Shown: piece after piece, positions 33,446 to 35,589 of the stretch | How positions within the stretch are numbered: position 1 is the first letter of the stretch | How the letters are laid out: every line of letters begins with the position of its first letter | Source: a virus | Lineage: Duplodnaviria > Caudoviricetes | Strand: one strand, 5' to 3' | Virus record (IMG/VR): IMGVR_UViG_3300012665_000478 | Location: 1 to 35,589 of that record | Length of the DNA: 35,589 nt | Program-made: the position numbers and the translations under genes | The notes under the pieces: generated by a model | Databases searched by the model: none | What the model was told of the DNA's origin: nothing | What the model saw: only the letters and a program-made list of their open reading frames with translations

Positions 33446-35589
33446 ATGGCAACGCAGATTAAATTAAGAAGAGACACAGCGGCTAACTGGGAATTAGAAG
33501 ATCCAGTCCTAGCATCAGGTGAGCCTGGTTACGATATCACTAACAATGTTTTAAAAATTGGTGACGGGTCGTCCGCCTGGACCGGCCTTGCCAGCATTTA
33601 TGATCCTAGTACAGACATTATTCCAACCGCAGATAATACCTATGACCTAGGTAGTCCAGAAAACCGCTGGAGACACGGTTACTTTGCCACAGGCTCTTTA
33701 TACGTTGGTGATATTAAAATATCAAACGTTGCTGGTAAACTAACTGCAACTAAAGTTATTAATCCTGGTGAAGACAACGAAGAAGAAGATCCGGAAGACG
33801 GTGATGCTACCAGTGAAATTGGCGGCAATGCTGATACTGGCAATGTTGTGTTTGATGAAAACACTTTATATGTAGGCGGCACAGGTTTCTTAAACTTAGA
33901 AACCGATACTGGTGTTGCCGTTATTGGTACTAACGGTCAAGAACCATTACTTGTTAGTATAAACGAGGACGATAAAATATGGACCTTTGCTCCAGACGGT
34001 AGTCTAACATTCCCAGACGGCACAGTACAAACTACAGCCTATACTGGACAAACTAGTGGTGGCGGAGTTACAGTCAGCGATGTATGGGTACAAACATTTG
34101 TAACGGACAGTGTAACAGATATAGTACAAGCGGCCGCTAGCGTGGAATACGACAGTGCTGGCAACCTCATTGCCTTGTTCAATCACGTTGATTCGGTGAT
34201 AGAAAGCACATATTATTCCGTGGGCAAGTATACCTCAACTGGCACACGCATTTGGACAGTGAGATTTGCCGACGACTTTAACACGGACGGCTGGGGTCTA
34301 GCAGTGGATCAATCTAACGGATACATCTACATAGCAGGCAAGACCAATACTGACGGCGGACAGCCCAACGCTACCTTGACCAAGATCAGCGGAGAGGGTG
34401 GCACTATTGAATGGAGCAAACAATACGACTTTGGCTACAACAGTACCAGTCCAGTAGTGGATGTGGCCACAGGTGATCCTGTTATGGTTGGCTACGCTTT
34501 CAACTCCGAAGACGAGTATGTGACAACAACTAAAATTGACAGTACTGACGGCTCAATCATGTGGTCAAGAGCACTAGACGGACAAGGTAATGAAGCCGCA
34601 TACGGTATGGCTGTTGGACCTACAGGTGAAGTAGTTGCTGTTGGTTATATGGCACAATTGGGCGATAGTGCAGACACAGACGATCACATAGTGGTTGTCA
34701 AGTACAACAGTTTAGGAGCAATACAGTGGCAAAAGGCCATACTGTTTGACGAAGGATATGACAGTACTGGAGCGGACGCCGACATCGACAGTGAGGGCAA
34801 CATCTATATATGTGCTCAGTATGAACCAGTTGGCGGCGGCGAGTTTTTCCTCAACCAACAGATGAGCATAGTTAAATTCAATAGTGCGGGTGTCAAACAG
34901 TGGAGTCGTCGTATAAATGGCAACTGTGATGGAGTCACCTCCAGCATAGTAGTTGGACCTGATGATAAACTTTATCTATCCGCCACAACAACTACTGGAA
35001 CAGACGGTAATGATGTTGACTTTCACTTGGTAGTGGCCAAGTACGAATTTGATGGAACTGTGGCGTGGCAACGACTATTAGATTACACTGACGGCCTTTC
35101 ATATGGTGGTTACTTCGGCAGTGGCGCTGGCAGCAGTAACCTAGCAGTCAAACAAGATTATGTGGCAGTTGGTCTTACGTTTAGTAATACTTTTTTCGGC
35201 AACACCACAGAGATTCATGCCGCAATAGCACAGGTTTCAACTGCGGGCGATGTATTCACAATAGGTTCGTGGGATTTCAAACCCGCCAGTTTCAGCGGCG
35301 TACTCAGCAGTGATGCCAGTGATATCACAGTGGTTGATGCTGGCAAGACTGACACTGACAATGCTTCAACCATAGAAACAGTCACAGTTACGCTAGAGCG
35401 TGAAAGTAGTAACTTCCTAGTAGGCACACTGTATTCAGTAGCAGAAGATGACAACACAGTTGGCTTTACTGTACTGGCAGACGGTACACTACAGGCCCTT
35501 GCTGGTGTTGTTGACTCAACTACATTAACTGACTCGTTACAGAATGGTCGTCCAGACTGGTTAATGATTACTCCAAGAAGTCCGGATCG
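33446..35589 (+). CDS. Tail fibre / receptor-binding protein with Mtd_N domain and beta-propeller (3'-truncated)
   Basis: Absent from the ORF track, consistent with no stop inside the window. GAGG RBS; MATQIKLRRDTAANW...PVLASGEPGYD..KIGDG..AW; DIIP.ADNTYDLGS..RW; WTF..DGSLTFPDGTVQTTAY; repeated DS.GN.Y / K....G...W.. blades. Confidence 0.8.
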   Translation, partial: MATQIKLRRDTAANWELEDPVLASGEPGYDITNNVLKIGDGSSAWTGLASIYDPSTDIIPTADNTYDLGSPENRWRHGYFATGSLYVGDIKISNVAGKLTATKVINPGEDNEEEDPEDGDATSEIGGNADTGNVVFDENTLYVGGTGFLNLETDTGVAVIGTNGQEPLLVSINEDDKIWTFAPDGSLTFPDGTVQTTAYTGQTSGGGVTVSDVWVQTFVTDSVTDIVQAAASVEYDSAGNLIALFNHVDSVIESTYYSVGKYTSTGTRIWTVRFADDFNTDGWGLAVDQSNGYIYIAGKTNTDGGQPNATLTKISGEGGTIEWSKQYDFGYNSTSPVVDVATGDPVMVGYAFNSEDEYVTTTKIDSTDGSIMWSRALDGQGNEAAYGMAVGPTGEVVAVGYMAQLGDSADTDDHIVVVKYNSLGAIQWQKAILFDEGYDSTGADADIDSEGNIYICAQYEPVGGGEFFLNQQMSIVKFNSAGVKQWSRRINGNCDGVTSSIVVGPDDKLYLSATTTTGTDGNDVDFHLVVAKYEFDGTVAWQRLLDYTDGLSYGGYFGSGAGSSNLAVKQDYVAVGLTFSNTFFGNTTEIHAAIAQVSTAGDVFTIGSWDFKPASFSGVLSSDASDITVVDAGKTDTDNASTIETVTVTLERESSNFLVGTLYSVAEDDNTVGFTVLADGTLQALAGVVDSTTLTDSLQNGRPDWLMITPRSPD

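Noticed and set aside
12380-35589. Diversity-generating retroelement, suggested by Mtd_N and AAC-rich fibre heads
   Set aside because: No reverse transcriptase and no near-identical template/variable repeat pair differing at adenines was seen. Mtd_N is only an anchor domain.
1-35589. CRISPR array, tRNA/rRNA, intron/intein, transposase, stop-codon reassignment
   Set aside because: Intergenic gaps are all under about 80 nt, no spaced direct repeats or relevant motifs were noticed, and genes are full length in the standard code.

Overview
The window reads as part of a large T4-like (myovirus/jumbo-type) phage genome in the standard genetic code, with four blocks. (1) 1-15859, + strand, virion genes: the 3' end of one giant structural protein, a paralogous 3231-aa protein, two small virion proteins, three tandem fibre genes with C1q/TNF-like heads, and two small paralogous putative assembly factors. 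(2) A palindromic bidirectional terminator, then a tightly coupled ~13 kb minus-strand enzyme operon (28929 to 15905). It starts at a perfect TATAAATA late-promoter box with groES and encodes 11 Fe(II)/2-oxoglutarate-type oxygenases (a 12th is divergent), 2 tryptophan-halogenase-family flavoenzymes and 4 paralogues with dUTPase-like motifs. (3) A Nudix hydrolase, a gp15-like and a gp14-like gene. (4) A divergent late-promoter hairpin, a short gp9/gp10-like gene and a 3'-truncated Mtd_N fibre gene. The two strongest leads are six phycobiliprotein-like repeats with an invariant CxRD cysteine inside the giant virion protein, and the late-expressed hydroxylase/halogenase operon beside the fibre genes, a candidate virion-modification system. 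All family calls come from motif recognition by eye; no searches were run.
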